Source: an uncultured Acidobacteriota bacterium
GTDB lineage: Bacteria; Acidobacteriota; Thermoanaerobaculia; Gp7-AA8
Assembly: GCA_963822445.1 (NCBI GenBank)
Contig: CAWGHO010000002.1
Span: 2,208,001 to 2,272,000 of the forward strand
Direction of reading: 5' to 3'
DNA: 64,000 nucleotides
The position numbers and the translations under genes were made by a program. Positions 18,618 through 29,300 of the stretch are shown here, one piece after another. The notes under the pieces are model-generated. The model was not told where the DNA came from and did not search any database. It saw nothing but the letters and a program-made list of their open reading frames with translations. Within the stretch, counting starts at the first letter, position 1, and each line of letters begins with the position of its first letter.

Positions 18618-19610
18618 TCACGAATGTTCCCGCAGATATCGCCGTGTTGCAGGAGTCATGTTGATTTGTGAGGTCACGTACTCGGCGTCCAGGTTGCGGC
18701 TATGCATCACGAGGTTCTTAGCGATAAGGAAGCTCAGCGCCGGGTTTAGCCTGCGAGGAGACCAACCAAGTCGGGGAGCGAGCTCAAACATCTGCGCCGA
18801 CTCGTTCGGGGAATTCACCACCTCCGCAGCGACACGAACCGCATCCTTCGTAACCTCCCAACCCATGACTACCGGATCGATCAGCCAGAAAAGCAGCTCC
18901 GTCGCCTCTACGGTCAGGTAGCCGAATGGGCGGGCACCGATTACGTGTCGCGGCTTCAGGAGCCGCGCGTCTTCCAACTCGCTGATCGCGTCGATCAGAT
19001 GCTCATCCGCGGCTCCAGTCAACCGTTGCAACTCAACGACCTCCAAGCTAGATCCACTCGAGGAACGACCACTAGTCGAAAGCTTCGCAAAAAGTTCCGC
19101 TAGCCGCGCCGCGAGCGGTGAAAGACCAGCACTGCGGCCCCAGGTCGGCGGGAGTTCCGCCGAAGCGACCACAGGCGGTCGCCGACTCACGCCCTTAATA
19201 TCCTCAATCAGGACGTGAATATCCCTTCCGTAGTCAACGATCTCGGGAGATCGCAGGGGCGCGAGAAGCGGCGGCAGCCGTTGAATTGGCAATTGATATC
19301 GGAGCGGGATCAGCAATCCCTGGCCGGCAACCTTGCGAACGAAGGCGGCATCGATTTCAGCGTTCACCCACGGCTTTGCGAGACTTTTATCGGTTAGCAG
19401 AACAACAACGTGAGTTGACACCGCGAGCCCCTCATCAATACGCGCACGAACACTCTGACCCGCAGTGATGTCCCATTCGTCGAAGAACGTCTCGATACCG
19501 GCGCCGTGAAGGTCTGTAGCAATCCGGCGCGCCAGATCCTTGTCTTCCGAGGCATGACACATAAAGACGAAGTATCGGCTTACCGCTGCATGCTCCGATG
19601 TCTGGCTCAC
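18618..19610 (-). CDS. TIR-domain protein with C-terminal wHTH-like region
   Basis: VFMCHASEDK, FFDEWDI, KPWVNAEID; start reassigned to GTG 19610 because the upstream ORF extension lies in IS30. Confidence 0.82.
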   Translation of the reverse strand: MSQTSEHAAVSRYFVFMCHASEDKDLARRIATDLHGAGIETFFDEWDITAGQSVRARIDEGLAVSTHVVVLLTDKSLAKPWVNAEIDAAFVRKVAGQGLLIPLRYQLPIQRLPPLLAPLRSPEIVDYGRDIHVLIEDIKGVSRRPPVVASAELPPTWGRSAGLSPLAARLAELFAKLSTSGRSSSGSSLEVVELQRLTGAADEHLIDAISELEDARLLKPRHVIGARPFGYLTVEATELLFWLIDPVVMGWEVTKDAVRVAAEVVNSPNESAQMFELAPRLGWSPRRLNPALSFLIAKNLVMHSRNLDAEYVTSQINMTPATRRYLREHS

Positions 19611-19667
19611 GGGCCTATTATCGCATTTAGTCGAGCCGAGCGGACCGCGGGTCGGCACAGGCGGCTT

Positions 19668-20927
19668 GAGTTCAAGATTGAACTGCAACACTGACGTTCC
19701 GGTATAGTACGACGGTTGTTGATTGTGTGGCAGCGTTCCGGCACGGCCGGAAAGCCCCGCTTTCCGGCATAGCTGCAGCGAACCGTAACGGAGCGGACAG
19801 TCACGCGAAGGGCCGGAGCGAAGCGGAGGAGGCGCGTGAGCGCCTTGATTGTCGGCGCAGTGGAGGTTATTCGGGATCAGGCCACGTCGAAGTGAGCGGC
19901 AAGACACTCGAGAGGTGTTCGGAACCCGTGTCGCTTCCTCGGCCGGTTGTTCAAAGCGGCCGCGATCGCGTTGCATCGCTCTTGGGTGAGCCGCTTCATC
20001 GAAGTTCGCTTCGGGAGGTACTGGCGAATGAGCCCATTCGTGTTCTCGTTCGTTCCGCGCTCCCACGACGAGTAGGGATTGGCGAAGTACACGGTCACTC
20101 CGGTCGCCTCTTCAATGTCCCGGTAGCTGTGAAACTCAGGACCGTTGTCTACCGTGATGGTGAGGAACAGCTCGGGATATGCCTGGATCAGTTCGATGAC
20201 TCGTCGATTGAGGTCAACCGCACGCCGGTAACGGAGCTTGCCGACCAGGGTCACGCCGGTAACGCGTTCAACGATGGTGACGACGCAGTGCTGGTCGGAT
20301 GCACCGATGACGATATCCATCTCCCAGTGTCCGATCTCCTGCCGTGACTCAACGGCCGCCGGACGCTCCGAGATGTGCCGTTTGCCCAGGAGGCGGCCCC
20401 GCTTCTCCACAGTTGCGTAGCGCTTGCGGTAGCGCATCGGCTGGCGGAGATGCTTCCAGAGACTTCCGCCGTCGTCTTTGTTCGCCTTCACGTAGGTGTA
20501 GATCGTCTGGTGGCTGATCTCGATCACATCCAGCAGCTTCAGCCAACCGCTGATCTGTTCGGGATTGAACTTTTCGCGAAGGAGCGTGTCGACGACGCCC
20601 CACTCGGCAGGTCCAAAGTGGCTGTTGCGTCGAGAACGGGAGCGCCGGCCGTTGGTTCGCTCCTGGGCCTTGGTGTAGCGGTACGCACCGTCGTGCCTTG
20701 CGCAGTTGCGATGAAACTCACGTCCGATTGTGCTGCGGTGACGGCCCAGGATGCGAGCCATCGCCGCGTTGGACAGTCCCTGCCTCCGGAGCAGGCCGAG
20801 GGTGTATCGTTCAGCGGGGGTGATCTGGGTGTATGACACGACGAATCCCTTCTTGGCGGAAGATTTCGTCAGTGTTTCAGATCGCCCCTTCTTTCAAAAG
20901 CGCGTGTTGCACTTACCTCTTGAATTC
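19668..20927 (-). mobile_element. IS30-family element
   Basis: Imperfect IRs GAGTTCAAGATTGAACTGCAACAC / GTGTTGCACTTACCTCTTGAATTC; GCGGCTT on both flanks. Confidence 0.78.
19877..20839 (-). CDS. IS30-family transposase
   Basis: GHWEMD, TITVDNGPEF, PYSSWERGTNENTNGLIRQY. Confidence 0.95.
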   Translation of the reverse strand: MSYTQITPAERYTLGLLRRQGLSNAAMARILGRHRSTIGREFHRNCARHDGAYRYTKAQERTNGRRSRSRRNSHFGPAEWGVVDTLLREKFNPEQISGWLKLLDVIEISHQTIYTYVKANKDDGGSLWKHLRQPMRYRKRYATVEKRGRLLGKRHISERPAAVESRQEIGHWEMDIVIGASDQHCVVTIVERVTGVTLVGKLRYRRAVDLNRRVIELIQAYPELFLTITVDNGPEFHSYRDIEEATGVTVYFANPYSSWERGTNENTNGLIRQYLPKRTSMKRLTQERCNAIAAALNNRPRKRHGFRTPLECLAAHFDVA

Positions 20928-21056
20928 GCGGCTTGCTATTGCCGGGGAATCCTGGCACGGTGAGGAACACTTCACTAAACCTGTTCGCGAGAAACGTGGA
21001 TACCGATCGGGGTCCAGTCAACGCCGTAGCGACGGACCGTAGCGCGTCGCCGCCGC

Positions 21057-23693
21057 TCATCCCTTCTCGAGCACTGCCACCGGCAGCGTCGCGAACACGT
21101 TTCGGAGTGCGCCGTCCTCGACTTCTTCATCGGTAAGCACGTTGCGCCAGCGACCCTCGATAGCGATTCTTGTGTCGCGCCAGGCATCTCCCAGTGGGAT
21201 TGCGGGGGGGCGGGTGAGGCGGGTGGTGAGGCGGGGGACGGCGACCACGATGTCGGTGCCGCGGGCGAAGGCGATGCAGTTGGGGCCGGCGTCGAGGGGG
21301 CGGTAGTTTTCTCCGCGGAAGGTGTCGATGTGGCGGGCGCGCGCGGCGAGAACGCGGGCGGTTACGAAGAGCTTGATCCGGCCGTCGGTCCAGTTTCGTA
21401 GGAGCGCGGGGGGCGGGGGGAGATCGCGAAGCATTGCTGTCCGTTTTTCATAGTCGACGGGGCGGCGGTTATCGGGGTCGACCAGGCTGAAGTCCCATAG
21501 CTCACTGCCCTGGTAGAAATCGGGGACTCCGGGGGATGTTGCTTTGAGGACCACCTGCGACAGTGAGTTGAGAAAGCCGTGGAATGCTACCCGCTTCTGT
21601 AATTGGCGAAACGAAGTCATGAACGGGCGGTGCTCGAGAATGGCGTCTGCGAAATCCTTTAGCGCGTTCTCGTAATCTTCATGCGGCTCGAGCCAGCTCG
21701 TGTACGTTTTGGCCTCGCGCGCGGCCTTTTCCAGATACGCTTTTAGGCGATCGGCGACGCCGGCTTCTTCGGCCGGGTCGAGGGGCCACATGCCGATGAG
21801 GGTCTGGTAAATCAGCAACTCTTCGTTCGGATGTGGAACGCCATTGCGCTTCAAAGGCGCGTTCATGCGCGCCCACTTCTTCACTTCGCGCTGCCAGACA
21901 TCCGGAATTTCAGACAGGACGCTGATCCGCGCGCGCACATCCTCGGCGCGCTTCGTGTCGTGCGTCGAGGTTGCGTTCATCGTGTGCGGCCACGCCTGAC
22001 CGATCTCGTGATTGCGCTCATGAAACTGCGCCACCGGATCGAAGTCCGCACCGCGTCCGGGCTCGCTACCCACCTCGTTCAATGAAAGCAGGCGGTTGTA
22101 GTTGTAGAACGCGGTGTCCTCGACGCCTTTGGCCATCACTCGGCCGGTGAATTGCTGCCATTTCATGACGAACTCGAGCCACTTGTCGCGCTCGTTCGCG
22201 ATGTACGCCGGTGGCTCGAGCAACAGCACGAGCTCGAGGAAACGGAACAATCTCGAATCGACACCACGCGCCCGGCCCCGAGCCTCGGCAATGGCGCGGC
22301 GGATGAACGCGCGATCCATCTCCTCGACTTCGCCGCCGCGCATGTACGTGCGATAGACAGGCATGCATGCCGTGATCTCGAGCAGCGCGGCCTGCAATTC
22401 GCTCGGCGCGAAGTCGCGCGCGTTCCGGTCTGCGACGGCGAGCTCGCCGAGGTTCAGGGCGAGGGCGCGCATCTCGCCGGAGAAGAGTTGATCGACGGCC
22501 TGTTTCTTCCGTTCGTAAACCACGTCCTCGAACGGTGCGTTGAGCCCTGTAAACGAGTGATACAGCTCGGTGAGTTGACCGAGCCCCTCGGGATCGATGA
22601 ACACAGCGTTCACGATGTCGAGAAAGTCATACCCGGTCGTTCCGGCGACGCGGAACGTGGATGGCAGCGGCTCGCCGGCGCCGAGTATTTTCTCGACGAC
22701 GACATAAAACGGATCGGGATCACCGAAGCGCAACTGGAGCTTGGTGAGATACGCGACCGGATCGAAGAGGCCGTCGATGTGATCGATCCGGAGTCCGGTG
22801 ATCTTGTTCTCGGTGATGAGATCGAGAACGCGGCGATTGCGCATCTCGAATACTTCCGGATTCTCGACACGGACACCGACGAGGTCCGTCACGTCGAAAA
22901 AGCGGCGGTAGTTGATGGTCTCGCTGGCCGTGCGCCAGTAGGCGATGCGGTACCACTGTGCGTCGATGACCTTGTCGAGCAGGTCGAAGTCGGCGTTGAT
23001 GCGAGCCGTGACATCGGCGAGAGCCCGGCGGAAATCCTCGGATTGCTCGTGCAGCCGCCAGAGCGTTTCCTTCAGAAACTTACTGTTCGCGATCGCCCCC
23101 TCGTTGTCGACCAGCTCGCGCAGCTCAATGCCGACGCCTTCCACGGTCAGACAATCGACGCAGTCGCGCAGAACGTGATGATACGACTGCGGCGAGAGCG
23201 GCAGGCGCTTGTCGTAATAGGAGAAGAAGAAGCCATCAGCGTCGTAGCCAAGCTGAATTTCGCCGGATTCCAATGTCTCGCCGTATGGACGCCCAAGAAT
23301 CGGCAGCAGCAGCTTGTTTCCGCTCCAGTCGATGTCGAAGTAGTGCACGAACCGCGAGTGCCGTCCGTTCTCGAGCACGCTCATCCACCAGGCGTTCTCG
23401 TGGCTCGCGGCCATGTGGTTGGGGACGATGTCGAGCACCAGGCCCATTTCCAGGCGCGCGAGCTCTCCGGTCAGTGCGGTGAAGTCATCCTCATTGCCGA
23501 GGTCGGGATTGAGCATCGTGGCGTCGACGATGTCGTATCCGTGCGTGCTTCCTTTGCGAGGGCGAAGGATGGGCGACGAGTAGATATCAGTGATGCTCAG
23601 TTCGGAAAGATACGCCGCGATTTTCCGCGCGTCCTGAAACGTGAACTGCGCATTGAACTGCAGGCGGTAGGTCGAGACCGGAATGCGAGACAT
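21057..23693 (-). CDS. treY: Malto-oligosyltrehalose synthase
   Basis: STYRLQF, GSTHGYD, DIVPNHM, GLRIDHIDGL, STHDTKR. Confidence 0.95.
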   Translation of the reverse strand: MSRIPVSTYRLQFNAQFTFQDARKIAAYLSELSITDIYSSPILRPRKGSTHGYDIVDATMLNPDLGNEDDFTALTGELARLEMGLVLDIVPNHMAASHENAWWMSVLENGRHSRFVHYFDIDWSGNKLLLPILGRPYGETLESGEIQLGYDADGFFFSYYDKRLPLSPQSYHHVLRDCVDCLTVEGVGIELRELVDNEGAIANSKFLKETLWRLHEQSEDFRRALADVTARINADFDLLDKVIDAQWYRIAYWRTASETINYRRFFDVTDLVGVRVENPEVFEMRNRRVLDLITENKITGLRIDHIDGLFDPVAYLTKLQLRFGDPDPFYVVVEKILGAGEPLPSTFRVAGTTGYDFLDIVNAVFIDPEGLGQLTELYHSFTGLNAPFEDVVYERKKQAVDQLFSGEMRALALNLGELAVADRNARDFAPSELQAALLEITACMPVYRTYMRGGEVEEMDRAFIRRAIAEARGRARGVDSRLFRFLELVLLLEPPAYIANERDKWLEFVMKWQQFTGRVMAKGVEDTAFYNYNRLLSLNEVGSEPGRGADFDPVAQFHERNHEIGQAWPHTMNATSTHDTKRAEDVRARISVLSEIPDVWQREVKKWARMNAPLKRNGVPHPNEELLIYQTLIGMWPLDPAEEAGVADRLKAYLEKAAREAKTYTSWLEPHEDYENALKDFADAILEHRPFMTSFRQLQKRVAFHGFLNSLSQVVLKATSPGVPDFYQGSELWDFSLVDPDNRRPVDYEKRTAMLRDLPPPPALLRNWTDGRIKLFVTARVLAARARHIDTFRGENYRPLDAGPNCIAFARGTDIVVAVPRLTTRLTRPPAIPLGDAWRDTRIAIEGRWRNVLTDEEVEDGALRNVFATLPVAVLEKG

Positions 23694-25579
23694 CAACTCC
23701 CCGCGGACCACAACGCGAACGAATTCGGAGGAAGCGTCAACTGATCGCCTGCGATCATCGCGCCGGTATCGAGCAGCGATTCCCATTTGACGCCGCTGAA
23801 CGGCATACGCACGTGCTCTTCCTTGTCGCTGAAGTTGAAGGCGAGTAGGGTCTGCTGGCGCTTGATGAGAAGCACGCGGTGGTCGTCATCGGCGTGAACC
23901 TCTACCTTGTCGAGGTCGAGATCGCGGAGCGCCGGGATATCGCGCCGAAACGCCAGCAATTCCTTGTAAAGCCGTCGCAGAGAGGCGTGCTCTTCGCGTT
24001 GCGCGAGACTCCAGTTCAATTTCGAGGCGTTGAACGTCTGCTCGTCATGTGGGTCGGGCGGCTCACCTTCCCAGGTGAAATCGTCGAACTCCTCGCGGCG
24101 GCCCTTGCGCACAGCTTCGATCAGATCCGCGTCCGAATGCGATGTGAAGTACTGGAACGGCGCCGTCTCGCCGTACTCCTCGCCCATGAACAGCATGGGG
24201 ATGAACGGCGAGAGGATGATCGCCGCCGCGGCCTGGCGCACCTTTTCGACCGAGACGATGCTCGGCAAGCGCTCCCCGGTCATGCGATTGCCCACCTGAT
24301 CGTGGTTCTGCGACGAGATCACGAACTGCGCGCCGTCACGCGTCTTCGGCTTCAAACCGTACTTGCGGCCGCGGTAGGTCGAATGCTGGCCGACGTACAG
24401 GTAGCCATCCTTCAGAACACGGGCGAGGTTGCTGACGAGCGGCGGGAACCCTTCGTAATAGCCGTCCTGCTCGCCGGTGAGCAGGGTGTGCAAAGAGTGA
24501 TGAAAGTCGTCCGCCCACTGCGTGTCGAATCCAAGGCCGTAGTCCACTTTTGGGGTAATCACGCGAGGGTCGTTCAGATCGCTTTCGGCAATCGTGTAAA
24601 TCCGCCGGCCAAGTTTTCCAGCGCGATCACACACGGCGGTGGTCAGGTCCTGCAGGAACGGCTCAGCGGAGTGATCGACGATCGCGTGAACGGCATCGAC
24701 GCGTAATCCATCGAAGTGAAACTCGTCGATCCACTGCAGCGCGTTGTGAATGAAAAACCAGCGCACGTCGTCACTGAAGGGACCGTCGAAATTGAGCGCG
24801 AGTCCCCACGGGGTTTTGTAGCGATCGGTAAAGTACGGCCCGTACTGGGCGAGGTAGTTTCCTTCGGGGCCGAGGTGGTTGTAGACGACGTCGAGGACGA
24901 TGGCCATGCCGCGCTGATGGCAGGCATCGACCAACCGCTTGAGCGCGCGCGGTCCGCCGTAGGAATTTTGTGCGGCGCCGACGTACGTTCCGTCGTATCC
25001 CCAGTTCCGCGAACCGGGAAATTGCGCGACCGGAAGAAGCTCGACCGCTGTAATTCCAAGATCCTTCAGATCGTCGAGACGTGCAATTGCGGCATCGAAC
25101 GTCCCTTCGGTTGTGAACGTGCCGATATGCAACTCGTAAACGACGTAATCCTCGAGCGCGACGCCGGTCCAACCGCGATCGTGCCACTCGAAGTCACTTC
25201 CGACCACGGCCGAAGCCTGATGCACGCCGTCAGGTTGATGGCGCGACGCGGGATCGGGACGTTCATCACCGCCGTCCAGAACGAACAGATAGCGCGTTCC
25301 CTCCGGACAATCGTCGACGACGGCTTCGTGATAGCCATTCTTCTCTGACAGCGGTACTCGTCGTTCATTCGGCGCGACGATGTGGAGCTCCACTGAATCG
25401 CGTTGCGGCGCCCAGACGCGGAACTCGCATCGATTGCCTGACTGCAGAATCGCACCGAGCGGCAAACCGAATGGTGAGGAGGATTTGTGATGACCGTCGG
25501 CCGGCGGAAACGTCTCCCGGCCAGGGATGGAGCTTGCGTCGACGTCTGCCCGATCAGACAAAGACGGCCACCTCTGCAT
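23693..25579 (-). CDS. treZ: Malto-oligosyltrehalose trehalohydrolase (start may be further downstream)
   Basis: [31 protein letters not shown]. Confidence 0.95.
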   Translation of the reverse strand: MQRWPSLSDRADVDASSIPGRETFPPADGHHKSSSPFGLPLGAILQSGNRCEFRVWAPQRDSVELHIVAPNERRVPLSEKNGYHEAVVDDCPEGTRYLFVLDGGDERPDPASRHQPDGVHQASAVVGSDFEWHDRGWTGVALEDYVVYELHIGTFTTEGTFDAAIARLDDLKDLGITAVELLPVAQFPGSRNWGYDGTYVGAAQNSYGGPRALKRLVDACHQRGMAIVLDVVYNHLGPEGNYLAQYGPYFTDRYKTPWGLALNFDGPFSDDVRWFFIHNALQWIDEFHFDGLRVDAVHAIVDHSAEPFLQDLTTAVCDRAGKLGRRIYTIAESDLNDPRVITPKVDYGLGFDTQWADDFHHSLHTLLTGEQDGYYEGFPPLVSNLARVLKDGYLYVGQHSTYRGRKYGLKPKTRDGAQFVISSQNHDQVGNRMTGERLPSIVSVEKVRQAAAAIILSPFIPMLFMGEEYGETAPFQYFTSHSDADLIEAVRKGRREEFDDFTWEGEPPDPHDEQTFNASKLNWSLAQREEHASLRRLYKELLAFRRDIPALRDLDLDKVEVHADDDHRVLLIKRQQTLLAFNFSDKEEHVRMPFSGVKWESLLDTGAMIAGDQLTLPPNSFALWSAGS

Positions 25580-27806
25580 TTTCTTCGACGTCAGCCTCCG
25601 CAGCCGCCGGTTCGGCGTCGGCCATCAGAAACACAGCGCCGAGCGGTGGAATGGTCAATGTGACCGACCAGCGCCGGCCGTGAAGGGGAATCGGGACGGC
25701 ATCGAGGCCGCCCATGTTTCCCTGACCGCTGCCGCCGTAAAGCGTGGCGTCGCTGTTCAGAATCTCGCGCCAATGGCCGCCGCGTGGCATACCGACCTGA
25801 TAGTTGTGCCGCGGCTTCGGCGTGAAATTCATCACAATCGCGACCATCTCCTCGGGCCGCGACTTCGATCGCCGGATCAAGCTGACGACGCTGTTCTCCG
25901 AATCGCAACAGTCGATCCATTCGAAACCGTCGTGAGACATGTCCAGCTCGTGCAATGCGGGCACGTCCCGATAGGCCTTGTTCAAGTCCTCGAGCCAGCG
26001 GCGCGCGCCTTCGTGATGCACGTCGTCGAGCAGATGCCAGTCGAGACCGGCGTCGTGATTCCACTCGCGTCGCTGCCCGAATTCACTGCCCATGAACACG
26101 AGCTTCTTGCCCGGATTCGCGTACATGTGCGCGAAGAGCAGCCGCAGGTTCGCGAAGCGCTGCCAGTCGTCGCCGGGCATTTTTCCGAACAGCGAGCCTT
26201 TGCCGTGAACGACTTCGTCATGCGAGATGGGCAGCACGAAATTTTCGGTGAAGGCGTACATCATCCGGAAGGTGAGGTCATTGTGGTGATAGCGGCGGTG
26301 CACGGGATCCTTGGAGAAGTACCGCAGGGTGTCGTGCATCCAGCCCATGTCCCATTTCATGCCGAAGCCGAGACCGCCGACATACGTCGGCCGCGAGACC
26401 ATCGGCCACGCCGTCGACTCCTCGGCGATGACCTGCACATCGGGGTGAACCTTGTAGACGTCCTCGTTCAGACGGCGGAAAAAGGAGATGGCCTCGACGT
26501 TTTCCCGTCCGCCGAACTCGTTCGGAATCCACTCGCCGGCCTTGCGGGAGTAATCGAGGTAGAGCATTGACGCGACCGCATCAACGCGCAATCCATCGGC
26601 GTGGTACTCGTCGAGCCAGTACAACGCGCTCGACAGCAGGAACGAGCGCACTTCATTGCGTCCGTAATTGAAGATCAGCGAGTTCCAGTCGGGATGAAAT
26701 CCCTTGCGCGGATCGGCGTGCTCGAACAGATGCGTGCCGTCGAAATAGGCCAGTCCGTGCTCGTCGGTGGGGAAGTGCGACGGAACCCAATCGAGAATCA
26801 CGCCGATATCGTGCTGGTGCAGCGTGTCGACGAGGTATTTGAAATCCTGCGGCGTGCCGAAGCGGCTGGTAGGCGCGAAAAAGCCCGTGCCCTGGTATCC
26901 CCACGAGCCGTAAAACGGGTGCTCCATCACCGGCATCAGCTCGATGTGGGTGAAATTCATTTTCTTCACGTACTCGGCCAGCGGATGGGCGATCTCGCGG
27001 TAGCTCATCGATCGCCATTGCGCGCCGTCGTCGCTCGTGCGCAGCCATGATCCGAGGTGGACTTCGTAAATCGACATGGGCGCTTCGTAGCCGTTGCGCG
27101 CGCGCCGATTGTTCATCCATTCCGCGTCGTTCCATTCGTAATCGAGATCCCATACGATCGACGCGGTCTTGGGCGATACCTCGTGATGAATGCCGAAGGG
27201 ATCCGCTTTGTCGACGCGGAAGTTGTTGAACTTCGACACGATGTGAAACTTGTAGGTCGTGCTCTTGTGCAGGTCGGGGATGAAGCCCTCCCAGATTCCC
27301 GCTTCGCCAACCGTCTGCAACACGTTGGCTTCCGTGTTCCAGTCGTTGAAGTCGCCGATGACGCTGACGCGCTGCGCGTTCGGCGCCCAGACGCCGAAAA
27401 TCACGCCGCCGGGCACGATGTGCGCTCCGAGCTTCTGCCAGAGCTTGTGATGCGTGCCTTCGCTGAAGAGATGAAGATCCCAGTCGGCGATCAGCGACCG
27501 GACGTTTTCCTGATCCGGCTCGATCTGATCGATCGTGTGCTCGCGGATGGCGCGATGATCGATCACCGCATCCGCGGCCGCGACCGGCACATCCTCCACG
27601 GCTACGTCGACGTCGACGGCGACGCTCGGCACGATGTCCGCGCCGACGGTCTGGAGCTCTTCGACAATCTCTTCCGCTCGCGTTTTCTTCTTCGGTTCCG
27701 CTGGTTTTTTCGACGGCTCAGCAGTTGTTTTGGCTGTTACGCGCTTCTTCGGTGCCTTCGGGCTTTCTGCGCCCGCAGTGGTGTCCTTCTTTTTTCTTAC
27801 TGCCAT
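25554..27806 (-). CDS. glgB: 1,4-alpha-glucan branching enzyme
   Basis: [32 protein letters not shown]. Confidence 0.96.
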   Translation of the reverse strand: MAVRKKKDTTAGAESPKAPKKRVTAKTTAEPSKKPAEPKKKTRAEEIVEELQTVGADIVPSVAVDVDVAVEDVPVAAADAVIDHRAIREHTIDQIEPDQENVRSLIADWDLHLFSEGTHHKLWQKLGAHIVPGGVIFGVWAPNAQRVSVIGDFNDWNTEANVLQTVGEAGIWEGFIPDLHKSTTYKFHIVSKFNNFRVDKADPFGIHHEVSPKTASIVWDLDYEWNDAEWMNNRRARNGYEAPMSIYEVHLGSWLRTSDDGAQWRSMSYREIAHPLAEYVKKMNFTHIELMPVMEHPFYGSWGYQGTGFFAPTSRFGTPQDFKYLVDTLHQHDIGVILDWVPSHFPTDEHGLAYFDGTHLFEHADPRKGFHPDWNSLIFNYGRNEVRSFLLSSALYWLDEYHADGLRVDAVASMLYLDYSRKAGEWIPNEFGGRENVEAISFFRRLNEDVYKVHPDVQVIAEESTAWPMVSRPTYVGGLGFGMKWDMGWMHDTLRYFSKDPVHRRYHHNDLTFRMMYAFTENFVLPISHDEVVHGKGSLFGKMPGDDWQRFANLRLLFAHMYANPGKKLVFMGSEFGQRREWNHDAGLDWHLLDDVHHEGARRWLEDLNKAYRDVPALHELDMSHDGFEWIDCCDSENSVVSLIRRSKSRPEEMVAIVMNFTPKPRHNYQVGMPRGGHWREILNSDATLYGGSGQGNMGGLDAVPIPLHGRRWSVTLTIPPLGAVFLMADAEPAAAEADVEENAEVAVFV

Positions 27807-27879
27807 GTCTTCCTTCGCCTGGGGGTAGACCCTGGGATGAACTTATTGCCCGCAGGCGAAGGAAAGCAAGCCGCGCGCC

Positions 27880-29280
27880 TCAGCGTGCGCGTTTGGAAAG
27901 TGCCGGCTGAATGACGCGTTCGCCAAGCGCTTCGGCCACCGGAGGGTCGATGTTGGCGAGCACGACGATCGTCGAATCGCCGTCGCTGACGACCACCGCG
28001 TTCACTCCCGGAGCGCCGCCGGCGAACGCGCCGGGCGCCTTCACGATGGACATGTTCTTGTCGTCGGCCGTCGGAACCGGAGCCCCGTAAAACCACCGCG
28101 TCCAGCCCGGCTTGAGCAGCCGATGCTGGCGAAGGGCGCGATCGAAGTTGAACAGATCGCGCGCGGTCGAATGGCTGCTGCCGGCCGACGCCCCGCGAAT
28201 CGGAAGACGCGGCGAGTTTTCCATCCACTCCGTCCCGCGCTCACCGGTGCCGGCAATCATCTGCGTATGTCCCATGGCCACGTCGGGAACGACTTTGTCC
28301 GACTCGAAGAAGCCCGAAGCGGTCATGCCCGCGGGATCGAAGATGTTGCGCTTCACGTAGTCGTAGTAGCTCTCGCCGCTGACGGCCTCGATGATCAGGC
28401 CGAGGACGATGTAGCCGTAGTTCGAGTAGCGGCGGTTCGTGCCGGGCTCGAACAGCAACGGATCGTCGGCGAAGATCGGGACGTAGTCGGCGAGCTTGCG
28501 CAGACGCATGCGCGACATCGCGAAGTACTCCGGAGTGAAGATGTCGCCGAGGCCGGAGGCATTCCTGACCAATTGCTCGATGGTCACGCGATCGCGAACG
28601 TCTTTATTCGGGTAGTCGGGCAGGTGCTTGGCGATCGTATCGGTGACCTTCAGCTTCCCGGCCTGGGCGAGCTGGCCGATCGCGACTTTCGTGAAGTCCT
28701 TCGTGATCGAGCCGATGTCGAATCGCGTGGTGATCTTGTTCGGCACGTTGAAACGCCGGCTGGCGAGGCCGTAAGCCTTCTCGAACTGGATCTCGTCGCC
28801 TTTCGCGATGAGTACGGCGCCGGAGAAGTCGATCTTCCTCAGATAGGCGTCGAGCGACGCGTTGAAATCGGCGCCGGGCTCGAACGGGGGAAGCGGCGAC
28901 TTCTCCTCTTCCTGGCCGTCATTCGCGTCGATCGACAGCATCACGATGCGGTTCGGCGGGTTGGGATCCATCTGGAAAGTGATCCGCAGCGGCTGGCCGC
29001 GCTCCGGTTGCACATCGATCTTCGCCGTGCCGCCGCGCATGCGAACCTGCCGGACGTCGAAGCGGCCGTGGTTCTGCCAGATCTGTTCGTACATTGCGCG
29101 GCGCTCGTCCGCGCTCCGGCGCTCGAGCAGGGACGGCGCGTAATTCGCGGTGGCGAACGCCTCCATCGTGGCCGCGGCGCCGCTGTTGTACGCGTCGATC
29201 CAGCGCTCGGGAACGCTCTGCGCCGACGCGCCGAAGGTGAGAAGGAGAATGGCGAACGTGAACGTGAGTGCGTGTCTCAT
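27880..29280 (-). CDS. Secreted serine hydrolase, beta-lactamase/S12 family
   Basis: Signal peptide; IGSITK (SxxK), RYSNYGY. Confidence 0.9.
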   Translation of the reverse strand: MRHALTFTFAILLLTFGASAQSVPERWIDAYNSGAAATMEAFATANYAPSLLERRSADERRAMYEQIWQNHGRFDVRQVRMRGGTAKIDVQPERGQPLRITFQMDPNPPNRIVMLSIDANDGQEEEKSPLPPFEPGADFNASLDAYLRKIDFSGAVLIAKGDEIQFEKAYGLASRRFNVPNKITTRFDIGSITKDFTKVAIGQLAQAGKLKVTDTIAKHLPDYPNKDVRDRVTIEQLVRNASGLGDIFTPEYFAMSRMRLRKLADYVPIFADDPLLFEPGTNRRYSNYGYIVLGLIIEAVSGESYYDYVKRNIFDPAGMTASGFFESDKVVPDVAMGHTQMIAGTGERGTEWMENSPRLPIRGASAGSSHSTARDLFNFDRALRQHRLLKPGWTRWFYGAPVPTADDKNMSIVKAPGAFAGGAPGVNAVVVSDGDSTIVVLANIDPPVAEALGERVIQPALSKRAR

Positions 29281-29300
29281 GACGCCGTTTTACGAGCGCG

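Noticed and set aside
19611-20066. N-terminal extension of the 482-aa TIR ORF
   Set aside because: It runs through IS30 sequence; the real start is probably GTG 19610.
20935-21056. Possible integrase or attI remnant at the right end of the array
   Set aside because: No tyrosine recombinase motifs, and it is on the wrong side given cassette orientation.
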